A stretch of DNA of 64,000 nt, taken from assembly GCA_964016885.1 (NCBI GenBank), contig OZ024740.1, forward strand, positions 390,414,001 through 390,478,000. The letters are read 5' to 3'. The notes under the pieces were generated by a model. That model was not told the origin of the DNA and did no database searches. It worked only from the letters and a program-made list of their open reading frames with translations. This DNA comes from Eledone cirrhosa (Eukaryota). Of the stretch, positions 14,280-29,104 are shown one piece after another (positions within the stretch are counted from its first letter, which is position 1; each line of letters begins with the position of its first letter). A program made the position numbers and the translations under genes.

Positions 14280-15010
14280 GGGATGCGGCTTTGCATTGAT
14301 TTCCTTTGCATTAACAGTGCTCTATTATTTTTGTAATGCATTTGGTATGACACTCAGGACTTGGCTATGCCGCCAAGCGTATACTGCCAGAATATGTTCC
14401 AATAATGTATAACCTCCAGATCGATGACATCTAATATTGGCTGGGCATGCAAACATATTATACACTACTCTTAGGAGAAATTGCAGCTTGTTCAGCTCCG
14501 TACTCCATTATTTATTCAACGACATTTCCTTTGTTTTGCTCTCCCCCTATGAAGTCCAAGCACATTGAAACCCTAATCCAATTGATTTGCTTGCAAGCTG
14601 CTTCTTAAAGTGGCGAATTGCTTTTGGTACAATTTCTCACCTTTTTGTTATTTTGACGTGATATCCATTAGTTCTCTGTTTGTTCCAACACCTCCCGTGT
14701 CTTCTTTACTACAGCTTACACCTCCTTTATTTTCATGATAGTCTTTGTTTCCCTCGCTGAATTTTTTACCCCCCTTCTTACTCTCTTCCTGCTCTCTTCC
14801 TATCACCACCCTTGGTTGGGCTGTGCGAACAATGGGATCTTCCAAAACTCATATGGCAGCAGACTTTTGCTACTTTCAACTCTACATAAGAGATGTTAAA
14901 AAAAGCAGTTGAAGTTTTTCAGTAGTATTATAAAGCCCGATTTTCGTCGGAAACTGTTAACACATCACACACACTTTCGAAACAACAGCCATCTCACACA
15001 CACACACACA

Positions 15011-15159
<149 letters not shown>

Positions 15160-15333
15160 TAGAGATAAAAAGAGCTTAATATAATGGAGTAGAGCAATAT
15201 AGTAAAATTTCAGAAATTGTGTTTGATAGATTCCTAAGTCTATAAAGGGTGAAGTGACTCAAATGAATTTATTACATGACTGCAAAACAAAAAATCTAAA
15301 AATAGAAGTTAAAACTATTAAGTAAATTATAAA

Positions 15334-15500
15334 CAATTGTTTCTACTTTTGGCACAAGGCCACCAATTATCCCAGTGCATTACAGGTACTTTATTTTATC
15401 GACCCCGTAAGGATGAAAGACAAAATTAACCTCGGCAGGATTTGAACTCAGACCGCAAAGGGCCGTAACTCTATGCTGATACTGCCAATCCACCGCCAAA
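15334..15500 (-). mobile_element. tRNA-derived SINE
   Basis: Reverse complement of the family consensus. Confidence 0.85.
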
Positions 15501-15870
15501 ACATATGCAAACCTGCCAACCTCTAAAAACCCAAACGAGGAGCACCATGAAAAAAAGGGGAGAAATTAGGCAAAATGGGGAGATTTACATAATGAAAGCT
15601 ATACCTATTTTCAGAAGAGAAGACATCTCCCACCCCAAAGTGTGTGGGAGATCTCCCCATCGGACGAGGAGAGTGGACAAGTCTGCGTATGAATATCTTT
15701 ATCAACATTAGTATTTTTACAGGAGTGTTCGATGGTCAAAGCATCTCAGAATATATGTTGATTTATAAAAAAAATATTAGTTCTTAGCTTATGATCAAGA
15801 ATTCCTGTTGAATAAAATGTACATCTTACGAAGACGAAAATCACAACCGGCATTAACCTATTTATAAAGT

Positions 15871-16056
15871 ATAATTGTTTCTACTTTTGGCACAAGGCCA
15901 GCAATTACCCAGTGCATTACTGGTACTTTATTTTATCGACCCCGGAAGGATGAAAGGCAAAGTTAACCTCGACGGGATTTGAACTCAGATCATACAGGGA
16001 GGTAACTCTATGCTTCAAAGCATGGCATCCAACCCTCTACCGATATTGCCAATCCA
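15871..16056 (-). mobile_element. tRNA-derived SINE
   Basis: Reverse complement of the family consensus. Confidence 0.85.
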
Positions 16057-16089
16057 GTATAATGTCAGTTGCTAGCAAACATAATTTCA

Positions 16090-16540
16090 GCTCATCTTCC
16101 AATCATACCCAGGTAACATATCCATTATAGATCTCTCCATCCGCTGTCACGGTTCGTATTTCTGATTTACAGTTTTCAATCCGATGTCTTTGTGAAGTCT
16201 GTCAGTGAAATTGTCAGGTTATCTGCCGCATTTAATCTCTCCATCTGTTGGCTGTCATGGCACTAGAGTGGAGACTGTTTCTTCATGATATCTCACCTGT
16301 CAATCGCAGTTTTTGCTCAGCTATCTTTTGAGTTAATTTTGACAGACCATTACAAAATTTCATCTTAACGGTATGCCTTTTCCGAAAGATGTCCCATAAC
16401 AGGCAACAGTTTATTCTCTCAAGTTGATTTTCAAGTTTCTTTGTGAGCCTCCACACCTCGGAACCATATAAGAAGACAGATTTAACCATTGCTAAAAGGA
16501 ATCTGATTTTAACATACTTCCTCAGGGGCAAACATCATAT
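16090..16540 (-). mobile_element. RTE-clade LINE 3' fragment, RT C-terminal region
   Basis: VKIRFLLAMVKSVFLYGSEVWRLTKKLENQLE resembles the RTE LLYGxETW motif. Confidence 0.75.
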
Positions 16541-16859
16541 AGAAAAGAAGAAAAACATCGTCATAAATCGAAATTTTCTGTAGAACTATTTCAAATCAAC
16601 TAGCAAATGAACCTTAATCATCTAGTTTATTCAATACTATTGCACAGTTAGTACCTCAGACAACCTCGTAACCATATGTCTTTTGGTAGAGAACATTTAT
16701 TCCTTCCCTCCCACATACACAAAAAATATACTGTTAAAAAATGTTTGATCTCTACAAATTGCGAGATTTAAACTGCCCTGTTATTTTTATTATTATTTTT
16801 GTAATTAAATGTTTTTATTTCATTATTTCATTATTGATTTAATTTTTTTTATGAAATTG

Positions 16860-16990
16860 ATCTCGCCGAGGTCAACTTTGCCTTTCATCCTTCCGGCGTC
16901 GATAACATAAAGAACTAGTAAAGAACTGAGATCGATATAATTGCCCCCTCCTCAAATTCTGGCTTTGTGCCTAAATTAGAAATAAGCCTT
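16860..16990 (+). mobile_element. partial SINE
   Basis: CGCCGAGGTCAACTTTGCCTTTCATCCTTCCGG. Confidence 0.7.
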
Positions 16991-17858
16991 TATTACTTAT
17001 CATTTTTTAAAAACTTTTATTTAATTTTACTTTATTGTTATTTTGCATACATACAAATTTCACACACACACGCACACACACACGCACACACACACACACG
17101 CACACACACAAACATACATACATACACACATACATACATACATACATAGATACACACATACATACATACACACATACACACATACATACATACACACATA
17201 CATACATGAATACATACATACATATATACATACAAACATGTATATATGTATGTATGTATATAAATATGTATGTATGTGATCGAAACTCCAATCGTTATTT
17301 GATCTCTCTGCTAGTCCTTCTCTGTCTATAAGCGGCTTGTCACAAGAATACATAAAATATCGATAAGATTAAATACCGAATCTATAATGCCAAATGGAAA
17401 AAAACACTTCAATCGGGCTTAGCGCCATCATGCACTTGATTATTATATATAAGAAAACACACAATGGAATTACTGTCGTATCTGCAGACGATAAGTTGTT
17501 GCAATGGTTATGAATCTGAAATACAGTGCATTCGACTGACGTCAAGGTCTTATCGAAGAAATCATGTATTCATTTCAATTAAAGTCTGCAAAACTATAGC
17601 GAAAAAAAAAAAAGAAAAGAAAAGAATTAACTGTGAGATTAGCGTGTGGGTGTTCTTTCACTGTCATGGTACGTGACGTCATTACAACAGCAGGATATTG
17701 CTTCTTGAGTCTATGGAATTGGTGAAGATTATGTTCATTAACGTTTAGCCATTTATGATCACGTAAAATATTGATTTTTCATATTAACATAGACACAATT
17801 AAAGTGCAACACGGAATCAAAACCATATCATACATTATTACACTATATTGCTTCTGTA

Positions 17859-17982
17859 AAGTACATTAAAATAAAGTACATTACTGGTACTTTATTTTAT
17901 CGACCCATACGGGGTCGATAAAATAAAGTACCAGTAATGTACTGATAATTGCTGGCCTTGTGCCAAAAGTAGAAACAATTAT
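17859..17982. mobile_element. 5'-inverted SINE fragment with ~20-bp flanking duplication
   Basis: Head-to-head SINE body halves, flanked by TTACACTATATT(G/A)CTTCTGTA on both sides. Confidence 0.7.
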
Positions 17983-18958
17983 TACACTATATTACTTCTG
18001 TAGATTGTTTTGTGAGAGGAAGTGTAGGAGTAGTACTCATGGAATTTTCAAGCACTCGTAAAATGAAGCTAGGGAGAGAGCTAGTTGAAGTCCATGCAAG
18101 TAGCATAAATTTTCAATAGTTAAGTGAGGAGGAAGAGTAAAGCAGGAATTGCAGTAGTTATTGTTGTTTAGCTCCGAGTCAGCTCAGACCTAACAGTTCT
18201 ATGACCAAAGGTATTCTAATCATACCCACTACGTCTCTTTTGTAGGTATGTAGCTCTAGAATGTTCAGCATACTTCCTCCTTGACCATGATCATACAGTT
18301 TGATTTGAAATATATTTGGTTGCATCTTCTAACAAAGGGAATGAGCACGTAAAGGAATTTCAGTAACTTGCAATAGTGTGAAAGGAAGGGTTGGAGAAAG
18401 TGTTAAACATGATACATATGAGGAAAATGAAAAAATCAGTGAGAGAGAGAGAGGAAGGAAAGGTGTGGGTAAATTACGTGAGACTAATTAGAAGAATATA
18501 AATTCAGCAAATTCAAACTTATAATACTAAGGACAGGTTGAGAAAGCTAATAGGTCAACACTTAACTTATTTAGATAAACATTGGTTTCTTTTTATTAGG
18601 TATATAGGCTGCATGGTTTAGATAAGTGGATCTTTTGTGACGCAGCGGCCACTTTCACCTAATGGCATTTTACAAACGCCTTCTTATGTTTTGCACAAAA
18701 AACAAAACAACAGCAACAAAAAATATCAACAACAATAACAACAAACAAAAAAATCAGAATATTCTAATTAAATAGAAACTAATTTTTCTCAATGATTTCT
18801 TTGCCCATACTATCCCATCTTGTACCTTCTTTTTAGATATTTGCATGGACTAAAGTTTTCTTATTAAATTTGTATGGACGTTACTAAGGCCTGTAGTTAT
18901 TTAATACATATATACTTATGTTAGTGCATATAAATATTAAATTTCGAATAAAGGACAT

Positions 18959-19490
18959 TCTTCTTCTTCTTCTTCTTCTTCTTCTTCTTCTTCTTCTTCT
19001 TCTTCTTCTTCTTCTTCTTCTTCTTCTTCTTCTTCTTCTTCTTCTTCTTCTTCTTCTTCTTCTTCTTCTTCTTCTTCTTCTTCTTCTTCTTCTTCTTCTT
19101 CTTCTTCTTCTTCTTCTTCTTCTTCTTCTTCTTCTTCTTCTTCCTCCTGAGAGGGGTCATGGGGTAGGAGTCCCCAAATTTTCTTTCCAGCAGGTCTTGT
19201 CAGAAGCAAACGTTTCCAACTGATCCAGCTGGATCCCCATGGATGTTGGTTTTCTCCAGCCATTCTTTCCTGAGACATTCTAACCACATGCCCATATGAT
19301 CTTTCAATTCGGAGAAGTAGCGGCTCTACCTGGAGCGACTCCCTCACGCACTCCCAGGTACGATCTCAATCGAGTAACGTTTCTTCAAAGACCCTTCGGA
19401 AGGACCCCATTTCGACCGCTTGTATTCGTGATTGTATTTTTCGGTCATTACCCAAGATCCATGATCATGGGTAATGGTTTGCATTAATAC
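18959..19490 (-). mobile_element. RTE LINE 3' fragment with (GAA)n tail (18959-19142)
   Basis: RESLQVEPLLLRIERS..YGHVVRMSQERMA followed by a long GAA repeat. A related fragment lies at 31320-31445. Confidence 0.75.
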
Positions 19491-19593
19491 GGAATTGAAG
19501 ATAGCGAGTTTGGTTTTTATATTACCGAATGTTTGTCTATAATGATGTGAGGTAAGAAGCGACAGCACACACACACACATACACATACATACA

Positions 19594-19635
<42 letters not shown>

Positions 19636-19816
19636 TACACACACATACAGAGAGAGATACAGACACACACAGACATATAGACACACACCCGTATATGTAT
19701 GTATATATATATATGTAGGAGGTGAGTTTTATTGTAGTACAATAAAGCAATGCAGATATCGGATTTGAAATGCGCATAATAAAATACATGGAACTCTTTT
19801 AACCATCTTTTGATCT

Positions 19817-19895
<79 letters not shown>

Positions 19896-20704
19896 TGTGT
19901 GTATGTGTGTGTGTGTATGTGTGCGTGCGTGTGTGTGTGTGTATATATATACAAAAAGTAAATGGAAACAACAAAGCAAACAACACAGTACAACAAAGAA
20001 ATAGTTTCTTTACTAGGTCACTGCCTTCGAGGGAGTTAGTCGATCATATTTTACATTGCCATCCCCCAACAATCTACTTATGATTATTATAGGTTTAAAG
20101 AAATAGAGATGTAATGATTTATAACATTGTTACAAAGCTACACATTTTCAGAGAAGGGGAGATAATCAATTGAATCGACAACAATATGTTATTGGTGCTT
20201 ATTTTATCGACTTTCTTATTTACAGAAAGTGAAGGCTGTAATAAAAGGAGAAAAGGTTGAAATGTTTCTGATAACAATCCGAAAAAACAAAACAAAACAA
20301 AAGATGTAGAATGAGAACGCGGGGCAGACAATGGGTTGATAAGGTCGTAGATCTTATTACTGATAATAGCATCAGGTCAGATTAATTAGTCAAGGAGCAA
20401 TATATTGGCGGACAGTAGGTTTCTCAACGAGACAAACTAGATTCGATATTCGATTGTAATCATTTCATGTAACGTATTACACACGTCGATAGTTACCTAG
20501 GAGAAGCTATGGATATCTTGAAGTTTCATATCATTCACTTATTCACTTCTTTACAAGGTCTTGTGCAGGAATAAGAAAAGAAAATACCTTCTTCCTAGGA
20601 ACACGTGGTTGAGTCATGTAAAGTGATATAACTGTTTCTTCCTTTTCTTTTCATGCTGGAATTATTGTTGCAAAAAGAGAGCATTATTAATAGTAGTTGG
20701 GAAT

Positions 20705-20765
<61 letters not shown>

Positions 20766-20789
20766 GAGAGAGAGAGACAGTGAGAGAGA

Positions 20790-20854
<65 letters not shown>

Positions 20855-21927
20855 CTAGAAAGGAATATAATATAATATGATATAATATAATATATAACAG
20901 CCGCCTTAACTCTGGAGTACATTGAAGTATAAACCTTGCACGTGACGGAGCCTCGTAACAGCACTGAGTGCTTTAACCGACGAACTGCCTGTAACTATAG
21001 TTATACATATATCTACTGTATATATACAGAGAAAGAGAGAGAAAGTATGTGTGCGTGAACAAAGACTAAAAATAAGATTAGTAAGATATACTTGAGATGA
21101 CCCTTACAGAGTAAATAAATAAAATACCATTTCGATGCCATTTCATTTGTCGACTATCGTCGATAATATCTCTTATTTTATCTGACAAAGGCATTTAGGT
21201 GTGTCTCAATGAGATATAATTGTTATTGGCTGCATATCGGTTGCATAGCACACTGTTCGTGTCGGTTAAATAATGTGGCAGCTGTTGAATATGTTTTGTA
21301 AAACATAACAGTGTTTATTAACAGCAATAATAACAAAAGGATTTCGCGATAGAATAACAATAAGGAGAACAAACAAGAATGAGAAGAAAAAGGAGAAGTA
21401 GGTGAAGAAATACATTTATAAATTAATGATGTACTTATGTAGAAACTAATCTGTTTCTTTACATTGACGTATCTTCTCTAAACAGCTACAGTGCTGTATT
21501 GAATAATAGAATAATTTTAAGCGCGAAGATTGCTACGTTTGATTACACCTAATGTAGTGACACAGCTGGCTGTGTCAATGGACCGTCGTCAGTTTGCACT
21601 GTCCGTCAAAATTTCGGTTTTCAGAAGTCGAATTACCAGCTCTTTCCCATAGACCCGAGGTTTTAACGAAAATTCAAGTACTTATATTTTGATTTATCTA
21701 AAATGAAGATATGATTTTTCAACAACTCAGATCACTATATTTTAATGCATCAGAGTTTAAATGTAGAGCAACAAACCCTATGTTTTGTTTTTGTAAACAT
21801 TTAATGCATTTGTACACTTAGTTTTTCTACTCGGATGAAAATTCAGTTTCAATATTCAGCTCTATGTGTAGTTCTGACACATTACATTCTTACAAACTTG
21901 TTTATTACATATTATTAGATATCAAAA

Positions 21928-22292
21928 AGGTGGGGATTGGCAGTATCGGTAGAGGGTCGGACGCCATGCTTTGACGCATAGAGTTACGGCCCTTTATGGT
22001 CTGAGTTCAAATCCCGCCGAGGTTATCTTTGCCTTTCATCCTTACGGGGTCGATAAAATAAAGTACCAGTAATGCACTGGGTAATTGCTGGCATTGTGCC
22101 AAAAAGTAGAAACAATTATTAGATATCAAAAAGGTGGGGGATTGGCAGTATCGGTAGAAGGTCGGACGCCATGCTTTGAGTTCAAATCCCGCCGAGGTTA
22201 ACTTTGCCTTTCATCTTTACGGGGTCGATAAAATAAAGTACCAGTAATGTACTGGGTAATTGCTGGCCTTGTGCCAACAGTAGAAACAATTA
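21928..22292 (+). mobile_element. two tandem SINE copies, the second internally deleted
   Basis: Family consensus; ATTATTAGATATC occurs before, between and after the copies. Confidence 0.9.
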
Positions 22293-22762
22293 TTAGATAT
22301 CTTTTGTGACATATATTTAGTACATCTAGGATACTAGAAACTTTGGTCACGCGTGTCACGTTGCATAGTTTAGCTGTAGTTGGCAAATAGTCTCTCTGAT
22401 CATTTGCTGCGATATGTTTTCAAACACTGGAATATTTTGGTGAAATATTTTACCATGCTTGTCCGATACGGCATTGAGAATGTAGAAATTGAAATTTTAG
22501 CGACATTTTGCATCACAAGGAACGATTGTTTTGAGGCAAATTATATGTGTAGATATCTGCACGAAGTTTTCCACACAAAGCCCTCGCATAATTCTTTAAA
22601 AGAGTTGCAAACATATACTGTTTAAAAACTGGAGAGAAAGGCCACCAAGGAATAGTTTACGTAGGGGAGAGGAGGGGGATGCAACAAAGATTCTTTCTTT
22701 GATTCCTTCAACAAAAGACCTACTTTAATATGTTGTGGGGAAGAAGAATGATATTTAATATT

Positions 22763-22928
22763 ATAATTGTTTCTACTTTTGGCACAATGCCAGCAATTAT
22801 CCCAGTGTATTACTGGTACTTTATTTTATCGACCCCGTAAGGATGAAAGGCAAAGTTAACCTCGGCGGGATTTGAACTCAGACCATAAAGGGCCGTAACT
22901 CTTTGCTGCAAAGCATGGCGTCCGACCG
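22763..22928 (-). mobile_element. tRNA-derived SINE
   Basis: Reverse complement of the family consensus. Confidence 0.85.
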
Positions 22929-23110
22929 GGCATTATATGTTTTTGAAGTTATCACTGGTTGGACCCTTCAACTCCTGCACTCCCTGGTCCAGTGACTTTT
23001 GAATTTGATCTACTCTGTCTACATGTATCCTGTGTTATTAGTTTTAGTTTTAGACTTTATATTGCTAAAAAAAATAAATACCATCTTTGGAAACATTATT
23101 AGTTCAGTTA

Positions 23111-23299
23111 AGGGCGGTGGATTGGCAGTATCGGTAGAGGGTCGGACACCATGTTTTGCAACAAAGAGTTACGGCCCTTTATGGTCTGAGTTCAAATCCC
23201 GCCGAGGTTAACTTTGCCTTTCATCCTTACGGGGTCGATAAAATAAAGTACCAGTAAAACACTGGGATAATTGCTGGTCTTGTGTCAAAAGTAGAAACA
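23111..23299 (+). mobile_element. full-length tRNA-derived SINE with 16-bp TSD
   Basis: TSD ATTATTAGTTCAGTTA at 23095-23110 and 23300-23315. Confidence 0.92.
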
Positions 23300-24190
23300 A
23301 TTATTAGTTCAGTTATTTATTGTCTTAAACCTTGTTCTAACGTTGATAAGATACCAATACTAATGTGAAATGAAATGGCAAAGTTATGTTTACATAGGGA
23401 TCAACTTCTGTTTTCAAGATTTTACCGTGGCCGTATAACATCTAGGTCTCAATTTAAGAGGTCCAGCTTGTATTTTCATATGTAGTGTTCATTTTATGAA
23501 GTCGTGATCTCCACAGACACAAGAAACAAAAGTGCTTCATGTAACCCAGCAGTATCATTGTTAAGATAGCCACAATAGATAGACCAATTAACAGTAGCAT
23601 AATTAATTCGATCTATTATGAGAGAGAGAGAGAGAGAGAGTTCCATATCTTTTTTTTATCGCTGTTAAATATACAACTGGCATTGAGAGTTAAATATTTC
23701 CAATAAGAAGTAGAACAGTTTTTTACGCTTTACTTTTATATATCTATAATCTTCAGTCTTCAATATCAAATTGTCTCCAAACAATGCAACAGACAAGGAA
23801 TGTTGGTACAAAAGCTTAGCACTCCGTCTTTATAAGGCATTATAATTTTGATGATAGTGAATTAATTTACTCCCCATTGCTACAAATATCCACTGTTATA
23901 GGCATAATACAAGGAGTTCCTGTTTCTCCTTGAACAAGTTTAAATAAGTTACATCATCAACATCTTATTGAGTGTTGAAATGGTTCTCTTCTCGCATTCG
24001 TGATCTGGCTAAAAAATAATACTCTACTTCTCGTTGAATTGAAATCTCACTGAAGTATTTATGAAGAAGATATGAAGTTGGTTTTATACCAGTAGAGGAG
24101 CAGATTATATATAGTACTAAATGATGGATGTAAGAAATAATTTTCTTGATTTTGTGTGTAAATGATAAGATTCAATTATTCCCTCTAAAT

Positions 24191-24565
24191 CAGTGGTCGC
24201 CAACTGGTGGTCCGAGAGAAAATTTTGGTGGTCCGCAGAAAAATGTGTACATTATTTGTAATTTTTATGTTTTATTAATAAAAAAACAAAAATAATATTT
24301 GGTTAAAATATATTTTATAACACCCCTAAAAAATGTTTCTCCTTAGTAAAGAACTAATATCCATGAAAGAATTTTACACATATGTATCATCTATCGACAA
24401 TATGACACACGTACGCTTCAGTATTGTTTAATAAAATGGAAGTTCTCTGATCTTTATTTTCCAAATATAAATGTATTTATCTTAAAAAAATTCATATTAG
24501 TGGCCTGCGGGATTCAAAATTATGAATTTAGTGGTCTGTGAGGTCCGAAAGGTTGGCGACCGCTG
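24191..24565. mobile_element. hAT-superfamily MITE
   Basis: TIRs CAGTGGTCGCCAAC / GTTGGCGACCGCTG; perfect 8-bp TSD CTCTAAAT at 24183-24190 and 24566-24573. Confidence 0.92.
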
Positions 24566-25139
24566 CTCTAAATCACTGGTACAGGCAAAACTTATAGACA
24601 TTTACAGCTGAAAACAACTCATTAAGATTTCGGTCTGTAATGAGCTTTCGTTACTTTAATATATTCATTCTATCACACATATAGCAGAACGTTTTAGTAT
24701 TATTCTTGCACAGATGATGCGTCATACCATATTCTGTACAGAAGTCAGACAATTATCTAATATACAACCACGATAACAAACATCCATAAATCGATTTAAC
24801 CAATCAGGAGAAAGTAAATTTATTTTTTTCTTTGATTAAATTACAATTTATCGAGGTGTTTTATTATTGAAAGTTATATATAGGTTTATAGATGAGAAAG
24901 CATTTGAAAACTATTTTCAGCATGTGTATGGGTGGCACTGAAGAGTGGAGAAACAATCCATGATTGGCAGATCCGAACTAATAAGAACATTTCTTCTATG
25001 GTCGAGAGAAAAGAACTGACGGGCCTACATATTTAATTAATCACTAATCACTGACCTCATAGCTTATAACGGAATTGTAAGGAGGCCACCGTGACAACTT
25101 GGTGGCACCTATCTCTCTCCAGATTTTACTACAAATGAT

Positions 25140-26040
25140 TCTTCTTCTTCTTCTTCTTCTTCTTCTTCTTCTTCTTCTTCTTCTTCTTCTTCTTCTTCTT
25201 CTTCTTCTTCTTCTTCTTCTTCTTCTTCTTCTTCTTCGCCGCCGCTCTGTTTGTTTTGAGCATTTTGCCTCAAACATCTCGCAACCATCTTTAACTATAC
25301 TACACCGCCCTATTCTGTTCTTCGCTAAGGATTCCCAATTTCTAATAATCATATCGAGAATTTTCAAATTATCCCTAATCACATCGTTTGTTTGGTTTAT
25401 GATTTGGCCTTTTTTTTTCATTTAAAAGCTTTCCCTATAACAATCTCTTGGGCAACCTGGTACAGTCCTTCTTGATAACATGACCAGTCCAACACACCTG
25501 GCTGTAAACAATCAACTTTTCAATCTTTCACAACCAGACATCTTCAGTACTTCTGTATCTGGTGTCAAAAATGTCCACTTAATTCCTAAAATCTATCTAA
25601 GACAGTCTTGATGAAACTTTTTTTTGTCATTTTTTTGTGCCACCTATAAGTTTTTCGTATCTCAGATCCATATAGTAATACAGTTAGCACACATGTTCCA
25701 TACACACTTATTTTAGTTACTAGATGAAGGACCTGATCTGCCCATACCCTGAAAAATGCTGAAGTGGCATTTTGAATTCCCTGAATGGTTTTCGCACCAA
25801 GTGATCCATCCTTACTGATGTGAACCTATCTACTACACTCATCCGTTAACTGTTGTTTAGCTCAACATGATCTGCGTCCGGAGGAGGAGCGAACATTACT
25901 TTAGATTTTGTGATGCTGATAGTTAGTCAGAAAACATGACAAACCCTATTAAAATGATCCATTGTAACTTGCAGCTCAAGGATAATGTTCTGAAAAGGTT
26001 TTAATTTAGCGCGATATCGCATGTTAACTCCCACACTGCA
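25140..26040 (-). mobile_element. decayed RTE LINE 3' part with (GAA)n tail (25140-25237)
   Basis: Minus-strand KISVYGTCVLTVLLYGSE and HQDCLR*ILGIKW motifs. Confidence 0.75.
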
Positions 26041-26640
26041 ATCATTAAATGCATAGCTCAAACAGGCTGCAAAATACATGGAGAGTGCTCGAGAACGGGT
26101 CGCAGGTGGCGGATGGCCACCAAATAGGATGGTTAGTTGCGATATAAACGACTAGCTGCCGTACAAATAAGCAACCCCAGACCAACAGCAGTAGACTACT
26201 AGGGGAGATAGAACAATGGGTGACACCTGTAGTTCCCAAGAAAACTTTCACACCCCAGTGACATAGCTATGACGAGGCGAGTAAAGACTGCCTCTAAACA
26301 AGCCTAGTCCTTGCGGGCTTGAGAGTGTATCAGATTGTTGACTGGCACGAATAAGACCACCAAAACTGCGATATGGTGAGAGGTACGAAATAGAACCATA
26401 CAGCATCGCTCCTCACGCGCGTTAACAAGTGACGTATTCAGGCCTGAGATAGAGGGGCCCGTTCGAAAGGTATATTGTGGTCTCCATTCCATGTCGCAAA
26501 ATCTGACGATGGGCTTGCCACCTGTACTAGGAGACGTGGGATGGATACACAAAGATTGCATATCCCGAAACCCCAAAGAGGCTTCGGAAGGGAGAAATTT
26601 TGCTACCGTCTAGATATAGTCGGGTTTCCTCAACAAAATT
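26040..26640 (+). mobile_element. probable RTE-like 5' region remnant
   Basis: GC-richer block with RTE-UTR-like GGCGAGTAAAGACTGCCTCTAAAC; no intact ORF. Confidence 0.4.
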
Positions 26641-27214
26641 CCGTTACTCTGATACTGTAGATTTGGATGGAGGTGTGGTGCCAGAAATGACTGCACAGGT
26701 GAGAGTGGGGATACTCACAAGCCCCAGGTTGTCAGAATGTGTTATGGACTGAATCCCATTAGTGTTCATACATATATTGTATGTACATTCATCCTCCGAA
26801 ATGATAATTAAAATACTGTTTCCACCACTTTGATACTTTAGTATCAATTCACGTTAATTGAGTATACGGTCAGTTTTTATAAGGATGTTAATGCAGGGAT
26901 TTGAACTCATATCGTAAAAAGACGCTAAGTATGTTTTCCGGCCTCTACCAATTCTACCAATCCACCGCCCTCGTGAAACTGAAATTATATGAAATAAAAT
27001 CTCTGCCATTTTTACGTTTTATCATGGAACACAAAAGACGGAAGTAAATAATATTCTAAAACCTTATCTGCCAACGAGGTTGTCTATCTGTGTCTTTTTC
27101 ACTCACCCACTCACTCACTCACTCCCTATCTATCTATCTAGAACGACTATTGTCGCGGGTGGGACCAATCCAGTTGACCATCGAGTCTATTGTCATGATC
27201 AAACCGCCACCCTC

Positions 27215-27657
27215 CTTCAAAAACGAAGGAAAGGCGGTTTTCCTTTGTGTGATAGCTATGGCGAAAGAGATTGTATGGTGGACGAGGTTAAAAGGGCTGA
27301 GGTCAAACACCTTTCTCCCCGGCCAACAACTGATTCTTTTTTTCAAATACCACTTTGGAAGAAGAATCAGGATGGAGAGAGAGGTGCTGTACCCCAGCAA
27401 GTTTTATGAAAGGTGGGTGAAAGTGGCGAGAATGGCCCGAGTGAATGGGCCTTCTCTCTATATCAGCCTGTAGGATGAGGGTTGCACATTTTTTCGGGGG
27501 TATGTGTTACCCATATGAACTGTCTCCCCCTATTGGGGAAAATCGATTAATTTTTAAATTGCATTTGTGATAGTATTTTACACGTTTTTATTGTATGTAA
27601 ACTTCCCTCTTTGTATTTGTCCCCTTCTTGTGTGCCCCTGTGGCTAATAAAGAAACA

Positions 27658-27660
<3 letters not shown>
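27215..27660 (+). mobile_element. Tx1/L1-like LINE ORF2 C-terminal fragment plus 3' UTR
   Basis: AVFLCVIAMAKEIVWWTR...FYERW..., then AATAAA and (TATC)n. Second copy at 47080-47610. Confidence 0.7.
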
Positions 27661-27727
<67 letters not shown>

Positions 27728-27782
27728 CTTACCTACCTACGTACCTGTCTGTCTGTCTATTTATCTAACTCCCCCCTCTCTC

Positions 27783-27844
<62 letters not shown>

Positions 27845-27997
27845 GCTCCTTCTTCATTCGTTCACAAAAGATAACGCTTGAGCGTACTATGTCTGTGCGT
27901 GTGTATATATATTTAATATTTCTATTTAAATTAATGATTCTTACAGGACGAGCTCCATATCCTTTACTAAGAAATTGTCTGTGAGTATACATACATA

Positions 27998-28138
<141 letters not shown>

Positions 28139-29104
28139 GTGCGCGTGCGTGTGGAGTATATAGAAGCATAAAAACCTCTCCATGAAGACCGAGTTGTTAA
28201 GGTATACGTTTGAGATTCCGGCGTTAGAACAATCAATATATCAATAGTCTGAATTTCAGCCGAATCATCTTTCTTTCAGTTTGGTAAATTTTTATGTATC
28301 GGAAATTTCATCAAGTCGATGACTATCCGACAAATAAAATCGATTATTTCGAGTATGCTGATGCTGAATATGGAAAACAGGTTTTGTTTTTATTTTATTT
28401 ATTTATTTATGTGTTTTGGACAAAATCCAAGTTATTTGATCGATGATCCAATCAGGCCCGAAAACAGAACCACGTTTTGTCCTATATATTTACCAGAGCG
28501 TATGATTGTAGCCAGAGTTTAAAAAATAATAGATATTTATTATTATAAAGAAATAAAATCAATATATGTGCGATAGAGTTTGTTTGAAATGGTATAACAC
28601 TGGACTAAACGAATGATTTACAGCATTTAATTATTTTATCCTTTTTGGTTCAGGCTAACATTTATTATACTAGGCATGGTATTATACCATCTTATAAAAT
28701 CAATATTTTTATTGATATACCCTAGCATGTACTTGGGCAGATTCAACTTCCACTGCTTCTCTCATATACATGTGCTGTCTTCAACGTATAGTTTTGTTGA
28801 ACCTACGTCGCTTTCGTGAACTGTTGTTCCAGTTAATTCCATCAATGGAACTGCCTGCTCATGAAATTAACAGGCAAGTCTCTGAACAATTAACAGACAC
28901 GTGTTCTCAAGGAAATACAGTAAGACACACCGTGCGATAAAGTTTGCACTTTCAGTTGAGTAGACTTTTTCCCCGGATAACATTCCTCTTAGTTACCAAC
29001 GCACTGTGGTGGGGATGTACTGTCTTTAATAGGTTCGGAACATTAGTGAACCTCAGAAGACAGCCGATGAGCTGGAATTGTACTTGTGTTTATGTTTGTG
29101 TTTT

